Shown one piece after another: positions 12,201 through 25,555 of a stretch of 64,000 nucleotides of DNA; positions within the stretch are counted from its first letter, which is position 1; each line of letters starts with the position of its first letter. The notes beneath the pieces were generated by a model, which was given only the letters and a program-made list of their open reading frames with translations, ran no database searches and had not been told where the DNA came from. The position numbers were made by a program, and so were the translations under genes. This DNA comes from Mytilus californianus (Eukaryota). The stretch spans positions 47,802,001-47,866,000 of the forward strand of contig NW_026262745.1 of assembly GCF_021869535.1 (NCBI RefSeq), given 5' to 3'.

Positions 12201-15200
12201 TCTTATGTTAAGAGAATCCTTTTTCAATGTATTGTACAATAACAGTTTAAAACCTATCAATCTATTACATAATTACATGAGTGTATGATTCAACGGTGTC
12301 CTATTGTGAAAAGGGCAAACATCTGTCACGCTCAAAACCCAAGTCTGTGTGTCTGTAAAACAGCACTAGATATTACTTGAATATTGCAGAGAACATGCTA
12401 TTATCCCGTTTTTGCGTGTTATATTCGTTGCTGTTGTAATTAGCCACGTGTTCTTAAAGTTAATTTTCCATTTAAAGATTGGGAGATTTGGTACGATTGC
12501 TTCATATACATGTAGTATTTAAAAAAAATAATGTTTAGGAGAGGGAGGCATGGACAACCTTGAAAGTTTACTAGTGGTGTATTGTTTCAGTACTACAACT
12601 ATGCTATTTGCGCCATATATTCATATAATAAAGGGAAAGAAAGAAAAGGAAATCCGACATCGTTTGTTCGCGTCACTTTCCATCGTGGTTTATCTGCAAG
12701 GTGTACATTCTACACAACACAGGAAAGAACAACTTGACAATCCTTTGATGTCTACTTGTTTCTTAGCCTCGTAATGATATCGTTTATTCCAATATAATCA
12801 TAATAATGAAGGATGATTCCTTATTTAATTTACAATAAAGAGAAGATATATGTTTATTATCTTATGTGCACCCTTTGATTGAAAATTACTGCATCTTGCT
12901 GTTCATTGTGCTTGTTTAATTGATTCATATTTAGGGTACTCATATTTGAAGCAAGGAAAACAGGAGACGGTAGCAAATGTGGTCAATGGAAATTAAGAAA
13001 TAGAAAACAATACATGTGTAAAAAGAATCCAAAGATTAATAATTAATAAAAAAGTTATATGCAATAGTTGATGTAAATATATAGATTGAAAGAACTACAC
13101 ATTGGCAAATTACAACCATTTCCAATTTATTTGATATTCCAATACTGAAATGACTACTGTTTCTAGTTGCACACTAAATTACTATTTATATGTGTTTTTC
13201 TGTAACGACACAATTTGTTATACAAATGTACCTTTGAAATTAAAATAATCTTATATCAGTTGAAAATTAATTCAATACTTGTATTAAAATGAAATTTTAA
13301 ATTCCTAAGCCTTTTTCATCAAACCCATAATTCGTTAACCTCTGTGTTCTGAATGGTCAGCATTGTTATTTATGAAAGGACTGTTAAACAAGAAACAGTA
13401 ATAAAAAAAACAATATTTTATGATTATATCCAAACACTTACATGACTTTATGTTGACATAAGGCACACCGTTATAGCTAGCTTTTATCACTGGAGTATTA
13501 GATCTTAGCCTAGTTCTATGATATCGTATGGAAAGAAAATCGAAATGAAGATCAAACATAATAACCAAAAGAATGAAAAACGACAGAACGACGAACAAAA
13601 GTGCCTTAATTGAAAACTTTTGTTTGTCTTTGAATATATGATTTTTAGAATTTTGTAGAGGTATATATTAAAATGTCGTCTTTGTGGAACGAATGTTTTA
13701 CTTACCAAAGCAATAAGCCTGAGAGCATGGGGCTACAGGAACCAAACTGTAGACAAGGTAATTGGTGCAGTTTTTCACTTTTATCTGATGAGAATTGGCA
13801 CAGCAATTTCCATTGTAGTTTGCTGTACATGCTGTAACTGATTTTATCTCATTTGTAATTGGGTAGGTTCCTATAACATTAATGAAAACTTTAAAAGCAC
13901 TTCGATTTGCGTGCACTAATAAATATATATAAGCAGACTACGTATGATATTGTACCTTTTTCACTATAAAGATGTAAATCTTATGAGGTTTCCCGTTTTC
14001 TACCCCGAATATTAGGTTATTGTTTTGAAAGAGGTTCAAGCTGATAGAAAGATATTTAAGAAAATGAAAATGAAATAATTTCCATAAAGAGTTGGCATTT
14101 ACACCCGATGTAGGCCAAAAATAATGATTTTTGGTAAATGTTGACAAACAAGTATAGACGTTTAGCTCCTTTAGGTCGAGGAAACATAGAGCGCAGGGTT
14201 CGATAAACTAAATATTCATGTCAAATATATTGTTTGTTCTAACAAACAAGATGTTAAACGATCCTTTGTTTCGACTTATGTGTTTGGTCCAAAAAATTAC
14301 TGTTCCATGCATTTCCGAAAAAGAGACTTTTTACTATCTAGTTATTGTTTAAGCTTTTGTTTTATTAATTTTCTGAAAATAGTGAGAAAATGAAATTATT
14401 GATAAAGTTTTGAAATAATTATTTTCACAAGATAATATATATTACTGAAATGGGGAAGATTAAAATGTCTCAGAAAACAATTTGATTGAATATATTTTTT
14501 TCATTAAGCAAGCTGTTTAAAAACAATGTGCATTTCTTAATGCTTTCGAGTGAAACGTCTAGATTTCTAATGTTCCCCTCGTCCTACTACATTAACCGTA
14601 CAATCTCGAGTTTAAAGTTTTATTTTTACCATTCATCCATATAGAGGACATTGTCCCACAACGGAAACCGCCAACTATACATTCTGTTGGCATTCTTTCC
14701 CCAGCTTTGCTGATAATTCTATACCATCCAGACTCCAGGGTATTATCACATAATTGTCCGTAGCCATTTGCAGCAGACCGTCTGGAGTCGTCCGCTGAAT
14801 CCAAAACTTTATAATCAATACACGGATCACCTGTAAAATCAAAGAAATGAAGTAAATGATCCAGATTAATTGAAAACTACAAATTTGAGTTTTTTTGTAA
14901 AATTTTAAGGAGATTCAAAAGGGGGAAATATATGCATGTAAGTCGAAAAAAAAGACAGACAACTTCATGACAGAACAAAAATTGAAAACAACGAACATGT
15001 CAACAAACAATTTAAGAGTGGGTAAAGTGAAAAATACAAAACATTGGACTGGTCTCTAATCCCCTCTAAAAGTAGCACTAATCATTTTCGTCGTGACAAA
15101 TGAAAATCAGGGTAATAGTCATAAACGATGACAATTAAATGAAAGAAGGACGAAAGTAGGCAAATGAAACATATATAGACATCATTTCCGAAATTGTCCA

Positions 15201-15673
15201 TACAGCAGTGAAAAAGTACGTAGATCTTCCAAAGAGAACTCAATTTCAATTCACATTAATTTTATCCCAGTTCGTATGAAAATACAGAGATACCCTTTTC
15301 TTACGAAAAAACGGTGCGATATTTAAAAAAAACACTTTAGTTTCATACAGATTGTACAAAAATTCAGAAAGAGTTGTGAATTCATAGAGCTTGTGGCATG
15401 GTACAGATATGAAGGCTCAATGATATTTTTATAACTTTTTTAGGATTTAGTGTTTTACTGAACATTTTTTTATATTTAAGTCTAGTGATTATTGAAAAGT
15501 GTGTTATTACTTTTATTAAGGTCGATTAATCATTGTTTATAAAGAATTCTATTAGGTATACTTTATTAATAAATATTAATATGTTGTTATATATTCACAA
15601 ACCACATTCAGTTCTTACCTTGAGTAATAATCGTCAGTATACCAAAGAATAAAATCCATAATATTGTTTCCAT
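8958..15673 (-). CDS. Gene 1: type I membrane protein with signal peptide, one UMOD/GP2/OIT3-like D8C(D10C) module, Thr-rich mucin stalk, TM helix and Tyr-rich tail (about 422 aa). Exons 15673-15619, 14830-14630, 13870-13706, 12168-12106, 10785-10405, 9982-9901, 9279-8958
   Basis: Manual splicing: every intron is GT-AG, phases are consistent, and the total is 1269 nt = 423 codons including the stop. Motifs: METILWILFFGILTIITQG; DPC..LCDNTLESGWYR..MPTEC..RCGT..IWMNG; GTYP..AC..NCC..VKNC..YCFG; GSELPCP..GFSPGC; TM VVGLTVLVVFLLIVIAVFVVIF followed by RRK. Confidence 0.85.
9901..9982 (-). CDS. Gene 1 exon 6, transmembrane helix
   Basis: tttag|ATGAAAAG..GTTGT|gtaag; DEKATSMTVVGLTVLVVFLLIVIAVFVV. 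Confidence 0.85.
10405..10785 (-). CDS. Gene 1 exon 5, Thr/Ser-rich mucin-like stalk
   Basis: ORF 10352-10792; gcaag acceptor and AAAAG|gtacgg donor give 381 nt in phase 1. Confidence 0.7.
10596..10721. repeat. Coding minisatellite, 3 x 42 nt (TIFTTIPSRSATIA)
   Basis: Three identical units gctattgtcgctgatcttgacggtattgttgtgaagattgtt. Confidence 0.95.
12106..12168 (-). CDS. Gene 1 exon 4, two-Cys linker GSELPCPTGETSDNGFSPGCE
   Basis: ttcag|GATCAGAG..TGAAC|gtacg; 63 nt; homologous to gene 2 exons 29247-29309 and 32310-32375. Confidence 0.85.
13706..13870 (-). CDS. Gene 1 exon 3, D8C/D10C C-half
   Basis: tatag|GAACCTAC..TTTG|gtaag; 165 nt. Confidence 0.9.
14630..14830 (-). CDS. Gene 1 exon 2, D8C/D10C N-half
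   Basis: ttacag|GTGATCCG..ATGAATG|gtaaaa; 201 nt; overlaps ORF 14592-14804. Confidence 0.9.
15619..15673 (-). CDS. Gene 1 exon 1, signal peptide
   Basis: ATG GAA ACA ATA TTA TGG..CAA G|gtaag; hydrophobic 18 aa; phase 1. Confidence 0.75.
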
Positions 15674-16199
15674 CGTCTAATTGATTACGAACGAAATACT
15701 TAATTTAAAAAAAACTAAATATGCATGAACACTTTCAACTTCCTTGCTAATTTTGATCAGCTGACTTATGTTTTAACTTATATATATATAACCACACTAA
15801 AACAAGTATTGTCTTTGTGAATATCGTTTGTTCAGCAAATGAATGTAAACATACAATTCTTTCTTTTGTTGTATTTTATATATGACTTTATTTAACACAT
15901 TTAGATGAAAGCATGTTGTATTTCTAAACAATTCATGTCCTAATTCTACTTAAAATATGGAACTGCGGTATAATAAATATAAGCGACATCATATAACACG
16001 GCGGTAGATGATAAGAAAAGAACGTGAACGTCAGAACAGAAATCCTGTAGAATTTAGGACATCTTGTATCATACAAGAGCATGCCCAGGTTTTACATTTC
16101 CGTGCCAATTAATACTCGTGTTATTTTTCTACTGGCAAAATCGCGACGATAAATTGCTTACGAATTTAAGTTGGTTTACAGTATATTATATAATAAAAA

Positions 16200-16670
16200 G
16201 TAAAAAAAACAAAAATACCGAACTCCACGGAAAATTCAAAACGGAAAGTCCCTTATCAAATGGCAAAATCAAAAGCTCAAACACACCAAACGAATGGAAA
16301 TCAACTGTCATATTCCTGACTTCGTACAGACATTTCCTTATGTAGAAAATGGTGTATTAAACCTGGTTTTATAGCTAGCTAAACCTCGCACTTGTATGAC
16401 AGTCACATAAAATTACATTATTGACAACAATGTTTGAACAGATATAAACAGATATAATAGGTAAACATATCAATAATAGGGGTACATCAGTACACATTGT
16501 TTTATAACCTTAATCACTATAAAAACAAACAAATATGTCAACAAAGAAAAACAAAATAGCATATAAACAAAGCACATATTAGGCAAAAATATAAGACAAG
16601 AATACAAGAAATGACCATATCACAATAACACAATGGCGGGATGTATATGTACCGAGCCACGCCAAAAGAA
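16200..16670. mobile_element. Abundant dispersed repeat; other copies near 140-620 (inverted), 1105-1230, 11180-11360 and 38370-38680 (inverted)
   Basis: aataccgaactcc..ggaaaattcaaaacggaaagtccct..caactgtcatattcctgacttggtacaggcatt..gaaaatggtgg recurs. Confidence 0.85.
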
Positions 16671-17420
16671 AATAGACTGTTTACCAAGGATATATTACTT
16701 CTAACAGAAGTATTTTCATATGATTGAATATTACTATTTTAGAGAGCCATGAATAAGCAGTTCAAATGCAATCCACATGTCCAACCCTTCATCCCAGTAG
16801 AACCCTATGACAAACTCTACTTATAGTATGTATTGTTTAATTGTTTTTGTCCTGAACATGCAAACAACAATCAATCAATCTTATCTTTGAAAAAAAAAAC
16901 GCCCACATCTACATGTATTAATTGAATGTTTGTTTCTTTTAAAACTATACTATGGTAAACGAAAACATTAATAGTTTCTTGTAGTATTTTACCAAAAGCT
17001 GCACAAGTCAAAACGAACATATTACGTTACAGTCGAATTTATCGACGTGATTGACAACGTATGTGCTGAGTTTGATGGCTTAATATTCTAACCTATACAA
17101 TTGCTAACATGTATCACATTGAGCCGACTCATGTTTTGTACTTATAAAGACATGACAGAAAAACACATTGCATCAAGATTCAATTGCGCTTTTTATTCAA
17201 TGTTGATGATGTCCTATCATTCAAAAAACATTACACGAGTTAATGCGTATATCGCATATAGTGCTTTGAATGTGAAATTAAGAATTCTATGTAGGTATAT
17301 GGTATATTGCGTAAACCAATATTTTTATTGGGATCATATTTTACAAACGTTTTTAACTGTTAATTGTTGGACAGTCACACACATCATAGTTGCGACTTTT
17401 TTATATCTCATTTAAACATA

Positions 17421-17770
17421 GGTTAAATTTTAGCCCCAAAAGCATAGAATGACAAACAGAATAGTCCTTTATGAAGAGTTCTTATTTTTCAAAGGTTTGA
17501 TTGATCCTTCATGTATACTGTTTATCGCTTGATGTCTGGTGTCATTTTGGCTCAGTCATACATTCCACAAGTACAATGTCAATCTATCACTTGTACATAG
17601 GTCAACTCTTAGCCCCAAAAACATAGTTATGAGGGAGAATGACAAAGATAGTACGTTATGATGTGTTCTTCTATTTAAGTATTTGATTGATCCTTCGTGT
17701 ATAATCGCTTGATGTTTGGTGTTATTTTGACTCAGTCATACATCCCAGACGTGCAAAGTCAACCTGACAT
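17421..17770. repeat. Two diverged tandem units of about 175 bp
   Basis: ttagccccaaaa..ttgattgatccttc..atcgcttgatgt..ctcagtcatacat occurs twice. Confidence 0.85.
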
Positions 17771-18794
17771 TGAGACCAGTTTTTTTCATGATCCTGGCTG
17801 TATCTATGATTAGTTTATAAATGTTTTTAAAGGTTTTATTAGACAATTTTAATCTCTATACGCCAAAATTGATTTTCAAATGAAATGTTCCTTAGATAAA
17901 AATAACATTTACTACATTTCGTGCGTTCAAGATCAAATGTTTTGAAAGCAAACTGAATATCCGACACATATAATTATACCAGGAAGAGACTCTCTTTATA
18001 AAATGAAATTAGTTCATCGTCCTTATCTTTCTTTTTAGTACTTTGTGATTCAAATTGTAATATAAATACAAGTCAAGTTTCTTAATATTTATTGAAGTAG
18101 ACTAATTTTAATTGTTTTTCACCAACTTTTATAAATTAGTCCTTAGGGAAATTATTCCCTGATATTGACAAGGAGAAATATATATGTGGACATATATAAT
18201 TTACACTATATTTCGAAGTTCAGTACTTAACCCGAACTTTTTTTACATAAACATAGCATTTTTCCCCTAATTGCAATTCTTCAACTCGATTACAAAAGAA
18301 ATCCACTTTATATTCTCTAATTTAGCTATGGTGTAAAAATAAAGACAAGTATTTCCCAGATAAAACATAAAGATTACTTTATATACCTTTATTTATATTT
18401 TATTTTATATGACATCAAAAGCATTTTTAAAAAAAAAACATTCAACGCCAACCGGAAAACTAGTGTTCGTTTAATTTCTTTCACGCGTGTGTCCTTAGAT
18501 TTTGTGTACTGTTTTTTTTTTGGACTTGTTTGTCTTTTCGTCGATTTTCAGTGGTGGGGATTGTCAAGACGTTGCCAGTCCTTACACGTATGAGTTTTTA
18601 ATGTCCCTTTGTATATTCAGCCTCCATTTAAGATTTATCTTTGTTTATGGAACAAAAAGCATACACATCACAATTGCTACTCAACATTTATTTCTAATAA
18701 CAATATAATGTTGTATAATAAAAAAATCAAACCAATATTGATGCGTTAACTAATCGTGTAACCAATATACTTTTCATTATTTCACATTTAAACA

Positions 18795-19260
18795 GTGAGG
18801 CGAAAGATACCAAAGGGACATTAAAACTCATAAATCGAAAATAAACTGACAACACCACGGCAAGGAAAAAACAAAAAAAAACAAACGAAAGACAAACAAC
18901 AGTTCACAAAACATAACATAAAAAACTAAAGACTGTGCAACAAGTACCCCACAAAAAAACGGAGGTAATTGCAGGTGCTCCGGAAGGGTAAGCAGATCCT
19001 GCTCCACATGTGGTACCTGTCGTGTTGCGCATGTAAGTACAAACCCGGTCATTAGTCTAATTCGGTAGATAACATTCGGGGAAAAGGGGCGAGATTGAAG
19101 TTTCGACAATTGGGACATATACGTTGTCATCTGTGAAACAGATATTCTAGAATGGTCAACCAACTCATGATGGCGTCCTTAAAATTTATGAAGGGATGAT
19201 TTCAACTTCACCACTTGGAATAGTTTATGTAAGCAGCAACCCTCTATCAAGGAAGTATAT
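18795..19260 (-). mobile_element. Second copy of the same Penelope-like 3' fragment
   Basis: Shares caggtgctccggaagggtaagcagatcct..catgtgg and agcagcaaccctctatcaaggaa with 32555-33150. Confidence 0.8.
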
Positions 19261-20604
19261 GTAACAGCATAATAAGGGACGCATAAAACTTGTATTGATC
19301 GATGTTATGTCATTTACCTATATTGTGGTTTAAAAAACAGACAAAAAACATTTGTAATAACCGTACTATTTATATCCCAAAACTGTTAAAGAAAATAAAT
19401 TCAACTTATATATCTTATTGGATATAAATGAAAGACAAATCGCAACAAATTAAATTTAATCATTCAAATATGTCTAATTATAAACGCATTCTTTAGGTTT
19501 TCATATTGTTAAATGAACGAGAGTTGTTATAAGTGCGACAGTCAATGAAAAGATAAACCACTTGTCATTATCATAGGGATTCAATGGAAAACAATATAGC
19601 ATAGCGAATGTGTCAAGCACCACAAAAGAAACATTTGAAGTTTGGATAGGTTTATTCTTCTAGAATAATGATATCGTATTAGGGTTGTTCCCCTAAACGT
19701 AAAAATCAACCGATTGTAATCATATCATTGGCAGACAACATGAAATTCATATATAAACACCATTAAACCCGGAAGATACCTTGAACCAAGTAATATTTCT
19801 ATTTACGCTTGAAACGATTAAAATGAAATTATATTTTGAAAAAAAAACTTTGGCTGAAAGATAATACGATTAATTCATAAACCATAACATTTGCAATATA
19901 AATTTGTTACAATTATAACGTTTAGAAAAGTTGAAATAAGATTGCGCACTTAACCGTTTGATGGACAGAATAACTAACAACAATGGGCTCATACGAAAGG
20001 AAGATAATAGAAAAGGAACAAAATCGTTTCTTACAAAAATTTACAAAAAGTTATTTGAACATCAGCCGTTCACAATTTGGTATAACAGAAATGCACTTAA
20101 GATTTACAGGTACCAATTTTCGATTTGACGACATAAAACTCAAACTGTATTCTCCAGTCTGATGCAATCAAGGAAAAACAATTATTCATTCATTTTTAAA
20201 TCAGTCAAACTAAGTCTGCGCTTGATCACAAAATATCAAAGCACCAATCGTTGAATTATTGCCCTAATGTTTTTTTTTTAATTATGCTCCGGAAGGAAAT
20301 ATTTGTATTTTTAAAATAAAAAAAAAACTTAGTTGTTCCGGTAAGGAAAATAACAGATTGTTAAGTTGATGCGTTCGAATGGCTTTTATTGCGTTATTCA
20401 CCAAGATCTGTTATCAGCGGTATACATTCTTTTCATAAACAGAACGACAACTAGTTAACACTATATCTAACAACAGTGTGTTACATAACACATGCCTGTT
20501 CTTGGAATGCTCTGAAATAAGCTTTTATTTTAGATAAAACAATATTGCTTTATGTAAACCAGTACAAATACAGTCCATTAAAATTCAGAAAATTTGTATA
20601 ATAT

Positions 20605-21200
20605 AAAAATAGGGAGATATGGTATGATTGCCAATGAGACAACTATCCACCAAAGTTCAAATGAAATGGATGTAAGCACTTATAGGCAAACTTACGGCCT
20701 TTTACAATGAGAAAAACTGATACCGTATGGTCGGCAATAAAAGGCCCCGACATTAAAAATATGAAACAATTCAATTGAGAAAACTAACGGCCTAATTTAT
20801 AACAAAACAATTTACGAAAAAACAAATGAAAGACATGAACCAACCAGCTACTGAACTACAGCGACTCATTTCACAAAAATTCTTACGAGTAAAAACACTC
20901 GTAAGTCATGAACATTTCAGTATAACTTACGATCAATTTTAGTCGTAAGATTTTTTGTGAAAAGAGCCCCAGGCTCCTGACTTTGGACAGGCACAAAGAA
21001 AATGTGGCGGGGTTAAACATGTTTGTGAGTGCTCAATTCTACCCCTACCCTGGGACAGTGTTGTAACAGTACAACATAAGAACAAACTATACAAATCAGT
21101 TGAAAAATGCTTAACTCATCAGATTGATACAAATAGAAATACATGTAACAAAAACACAGAGTGGACGTTGACGGGTACTTATACATACTTACATAACCTT
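20605..21200. mobile_element. Short dispersed repeat related to the Naiad 3' end; other copies near 7620-7900, 28140-28560, 38210-38340, 57060-57225 and 59890-60500
   Basis: Shared gatgtggtatgattgccaatgagacaac..ggtcaccgtacggccttcaac..ggcccc and ggctcctgacttgggacaggc..ggggttaaacatg. Confidence 0.75.
20862..20969. mobile_element. 108-bp MITE (Harbinger-like, CAG TSD) nested in a repeat
   Basis: TIR ctcatttcacaaaaattcttacga / tcgtaagattttttgtgaaaagag; cag duplicated; interrupts the host motif actgaa.tacag-gctcctgac. Confidence 0.7.
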
Positions 21201-22634
21201 ACTATAAAACAAATTTGGCTGCTGAACGCTAAGTTGATTCTTTTAACGGAACGAACGTAGAAAATTGCAGAAAAATTTTGTTTCGTAATCAAAGGAATGA
21301 TGTTTTTGATGTTGCAGCACCTGTTTTGATTATTTTTAAATTTTAAAACAAAATTGCTATGTGAAGATCGAATGTTTTGATAGAAAATTAATATTACACA
21401 TACATAGTTATACTAGGTAATATTAATCCATCTTCCGTGGTATTGTGTGTAGTTTATTATAATTCACCTCGTCATATTAATATACAGAATAAATGTCCAT
21501 CTATTTCGTCATTTCACATTTGTTATACTATCAAAATGGACAAATCATACTTGAATAGATCAATGTTATGTCATTTATCTATTTTTTTGCTAAAATTAGA
21601 AAAAAAGAATGCATAAGACAAAACATCTACCTTACATACATAATTGGTATTAATAAAAAGGTATGTCATCGGTAATCATACCACATCTCTCTTTTTTGTA
21701 TATCTAAACGAATTGTATTGTATTCATTCAAAATGGTGTTATCATAATAGCATACTTTAGGTTTTCATATTGTTAAATGAACGTCTACTGTCACATGTGT
21801 CATAAACTTGTCAGTCAATGAACAGATAAACGACCTGTTATTATTATAGGGTTTCAATAGAAAGCAATATAACGAATGTTTCAATTAACATTAAAGAAAC
21901 ATTTGAAATTTAAATAGCCTTTTTCTTCAAGAATAATGATATCTTATTAAGATTGTTCCGCTTGTCGTTAAAATTATTCTCTGGTTTATACATCTTTGGC
22001 ATACAACATGTAATTTGATATACAAACATGTTAAACACGGAAGATACCTTGACCTAAGCGATATATTGTTATATAGGCTTTAACTGATCTACATAAATAT
22101 ACAAAAATTTGATTGCAAGCTAAACAAAAAAGAAGCACATAACTGTATATATCGTAACATTGCCAGTATTGAATTCTTTCAATTATCACATGGCCATAAA
22201 TAAAAGTTGAAATGAGATAACGCTCTTAAACGTAAGATGCACAAACAAATTCACCACATTTAATGTCGTCTAAATATTTCACTTAACGTTTATAGCAGAA
22301 AGATAATTGAGAAGGAATTCAATCGTCTCTTGAAACATTTTGAAATCGTTATAACATGTATAGGATATATAAAGGTTACTTAAAAATGTTGTTCATATTT
22401 AGGAGATAACAGAAACGTATTTAAGATTAACGGGTCTCAATTTGCCATATCATTGTCTGATATTGAATCTTTAAATTCAAGACTGTTATGAGTTTGACTG
22501 TCCCTCTGGTATCTTTTGTCCCTCTTTTATCTCCAGTCTGATGCAGCTAAGAACATAATAGCTAATCATACATTTAAAATAAGTCATACGACGTCTGTGT
22601 TTGAGTGCAAAATGTCAAGCATTAATCAGGTTTT

Positions 22635-24240
22635 GAAGTCTAGCGCCGTAGAAATAAAGTAAAGCACTGTGGATGTAAAGTCCAGTGATGTATATGTATA
22701 GTTAAGCGCAGAAGATGTATACTCATGCGCTAGGAATGTAAAGTCTAGCGATGTGGATATAATAAAATTTGAGCGCTGCAGATGTAGTCTAGCGTACGAG
22801 ATGTAAAGACGAGATCTGATGATATAAAACCAAACATTATAGATATAAAATAAAGCGCTATATATATTTAGGCGAATTATATATATGTATAAGTACGTCT
22901 GAACCAGTGACGACTCTACAACAGATTCAGACGTACTTATAATATAATTATTTCTGTGACTGCATCTTACATTAATTTGTAGGATCCTTTACAATAGATA
23001 ATTCAGCTGATCTGTAACAATTCCATCTTCATGCCTTATATATCATATACTGTGTTACGACGCTAGATAAAAACTGACGAGGAAAGGTAATACACGGCCA
23101 CCGAAAGCTTTATTATTTTAGAGCCTAGGTGGTCGAGTGGTCTAGCGCGTCGGGCATAGTGCAAGGCGATTTGGTGCCACGATATCTCAGTAGCATGAGT
23201 TCGAATACCAGCCAGGGAAGAAAACAAATTTGCTTCCGCAAATTTACAGATCTAACATTGTTGGGCTGTTTTTTAGACGAATTATATATATATATATATA
23301 GACAAAGTATAGCGCTTGTTATATAAAGTTCAGCGTTTGATATGTAAAGTCCGATGCTGTTCATATAAGACAAAACAGCGCAGTAGTTGCAAAGTCCAGC
23401 ACTGTTTATACAAATTTCAGCGCTTGAGGACCAAAGTCAAGCGCTGTGTGTATGTAGGACTCAAAGGTGCTATAGGGACACTAAAATGCGATGATCACGC
23501 TGATGTGCGATGGTCCGTTTGCTGATGTGCGATGGTTTACATTACGGGTGATGACTAGTTTAAAATCTGATCTGTTCAATAATTAGGCCTATGACAAATA
23601 GATTATTTTAATAGTTAGTATATACATTTGCATTCTCTATTGTCTATGTATATCCTTAGTATCAGTAACTCTGATTTTCTGCATGTGAACATAATTCTGC
23701 TTTAACATTTATCTTTACTTGGTTCCTCTTGCTGTAATATTATAATACGGATAGTATGTCTGCGGACACGTATGTATTTAAAGAATACCACGCTCTGTCG
23801 TACGTATAGAAGAATCGTTTGTAGATTTCTAAAAATAATCCGCTACAGAAGGTTAGCTTTTCCCTCTCCACGAATTATTTCTTGTTTACCGTAGTATTAA
23901 AAGGTCATAAGCAACTTTAAAACCCAATTTTAACAAATATTAGAGCATTGAACATAGAGTGTATGTAATCTATCGCACTCCAGCGTTACCATCAACGTAC
24001 TTCAGCGTAGTTATAAACAAGATAGCATCACAATGCCACCATCGCATTTCAGTGTGATCAAAAACGCACATCAGCGTCCAACCATAGAACTTAAGTGTCG
24101 TATCATCGCTGTTCAGCGTAATCATTGTGGTTCGGAGTACAATCGCCGTACACAGTCCTACATATATACCGTTGAGTTTACATCCCAAGTGCTGAACTTT
24201 ATACAAACAGCACTGGGACTTTTTGTGTTATATATATAGT
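22635..24240. repeat. Foldback-like structure of degenerate approximately 21-nt repeat arrays in inverted orientation
   Basis: Left arm (22635-22865 and 23300-23550) is inverse-complementary to the right arm (23990-24240), e.g. aaagtccagcactgtttatacaaatttcagcgct vs agtgctgaactttatacaaacagcactgggacttt. Confidence 0.7.
22872..23295 (+). mobile_element. Composite repeat with a hairpin and a tRNA-like Pol III head, bounded by cgaattatatatat direct repeats
   Basis: Hairpin ataagtacgtctgaa..ttcagacgtacttat (about 22888-22940); A box ggtggtcgagtggtct (about 23128) and B box gagttcgaatacc (23197-23209). Confidence 0.6.
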
Positions 24241-25555
24241 GTTTTGTATTATAGTTGCGGTGTTGTTTTTTTTGTTTTCGTTGTTTTTTTCTTGTGGTCA
24301 ATGAATATTCCTTTTTGGTCATACAGACAGGAGAGAATTATGCACATGCTTAAACATTTTTTAAAGATTTGACACTTGCATGACAATACGGATATTATTA
24401 ATGTATGAGATTTTGAAGTTTCAAAAAATGGTACCGTTTAATACTATATTTATCTTTTTATATGAATTCGAACACACAATAATTAGTTTTAAGATACACA
24501 GTGTTTTATAGATGTTCTGGATTGTGCAATTTAAGTATTATATAAAGAAACACGTTAATTATCTTAAAGGAAGATTAACTAACTATTAATCATTAAATAC
24601 TTTTATAATGATTATTCTGAAACACATTGCGTAGAAAGTTACAGGTATGTGAAAAAGCATACAACACGCCTATATAGTCATAACAAAAACTGAAAAGAAC
24701 AAAATATTTGCTTTATAGATTAAAAATATTGCTACAAATACGTTTTCATTTCTGATAATAAAATAACAAAAGATATATTTATTGGTAGATTCGTTGGATT
24801 TAGATTAAAAAAGTGATACTAATGATATAATCCAAAAGCAAAGGTTCAGAGAAAAGAGTCAATATTATGCTTTAACATGTTTAAAAGAAAAACGACGAAA
24901 ATAAAAACAATAATTACAAATGTGTTTATTTTTATTTTTTTGGCTCAGATTTCAATTTAATAATCAATACTGTTTTGTTTTGAGGTTTAAACCAATCACG
25001 TGTCACAAATTATTGAAAAAGTATAGAAGTATTGTAAAAAAAATGGCCGGGTGAAAGGCAATGGCCGTTACCTGACGTAACAACAAAAGAACTTTATGGA
25101 TACAATGGGGAAGATTTTAGCATTGTTTTTATTACTTTTCATCCATATTTTAACGACTAAATGTGAGTATCTAATGATACTTTCTTTGTGTAATATGATA
25201 ACAGATTCCATAAATGACGAAAAGATATATGTCAACAATTGTATATGAAGATACATATTATTCTAAAGACAGAAACACTATATCATATCACCCCCATATA
25301 TATATATATATCTAGCTTAATACGTTTTTATTTTTAAATTAACTACTTTAGAAACCTTATTTTGAACGGGGTTTTATTTCTATATGGGTCTAAATTGAAT
25401 ATTAAATTTGGATAGCACAACACAATCCATGACAAAAAATGTATCAAAACATGCATTTCCCCGTTATGAAATAAACTATACAGAGACATGAGAGATATAT
25501 ACAGTTTAAACGGCGAATTGCACCTTAATGAACTTGCGGAATAAATTTAACTTAA

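Larger units (their letters stand above)
19290..22630. repeat. Diverged direct duplication of about 1 kb (19290-20250 vs 21555-22630)
   Basis: Colinear matches, e.g. ctttaggttttcatattgttaaatgaacg (19487/21751), cggaagataccttga, ctccagtctgatgca. Confidence 0.85.

Noticed and set aside
23123-23215. Functional tRNA gene
   Set aside because: A/B boxes are present but I could not fold a proper cloverleaf, and it sits in a repeat; the same applies to 42630-42705
24600-24644. Signal-peptide exon of gene 2
   Set aside because: Good donor (acag|gtatgt) but the phase-compatible frame contains TAG; at best a 5' UTR exon
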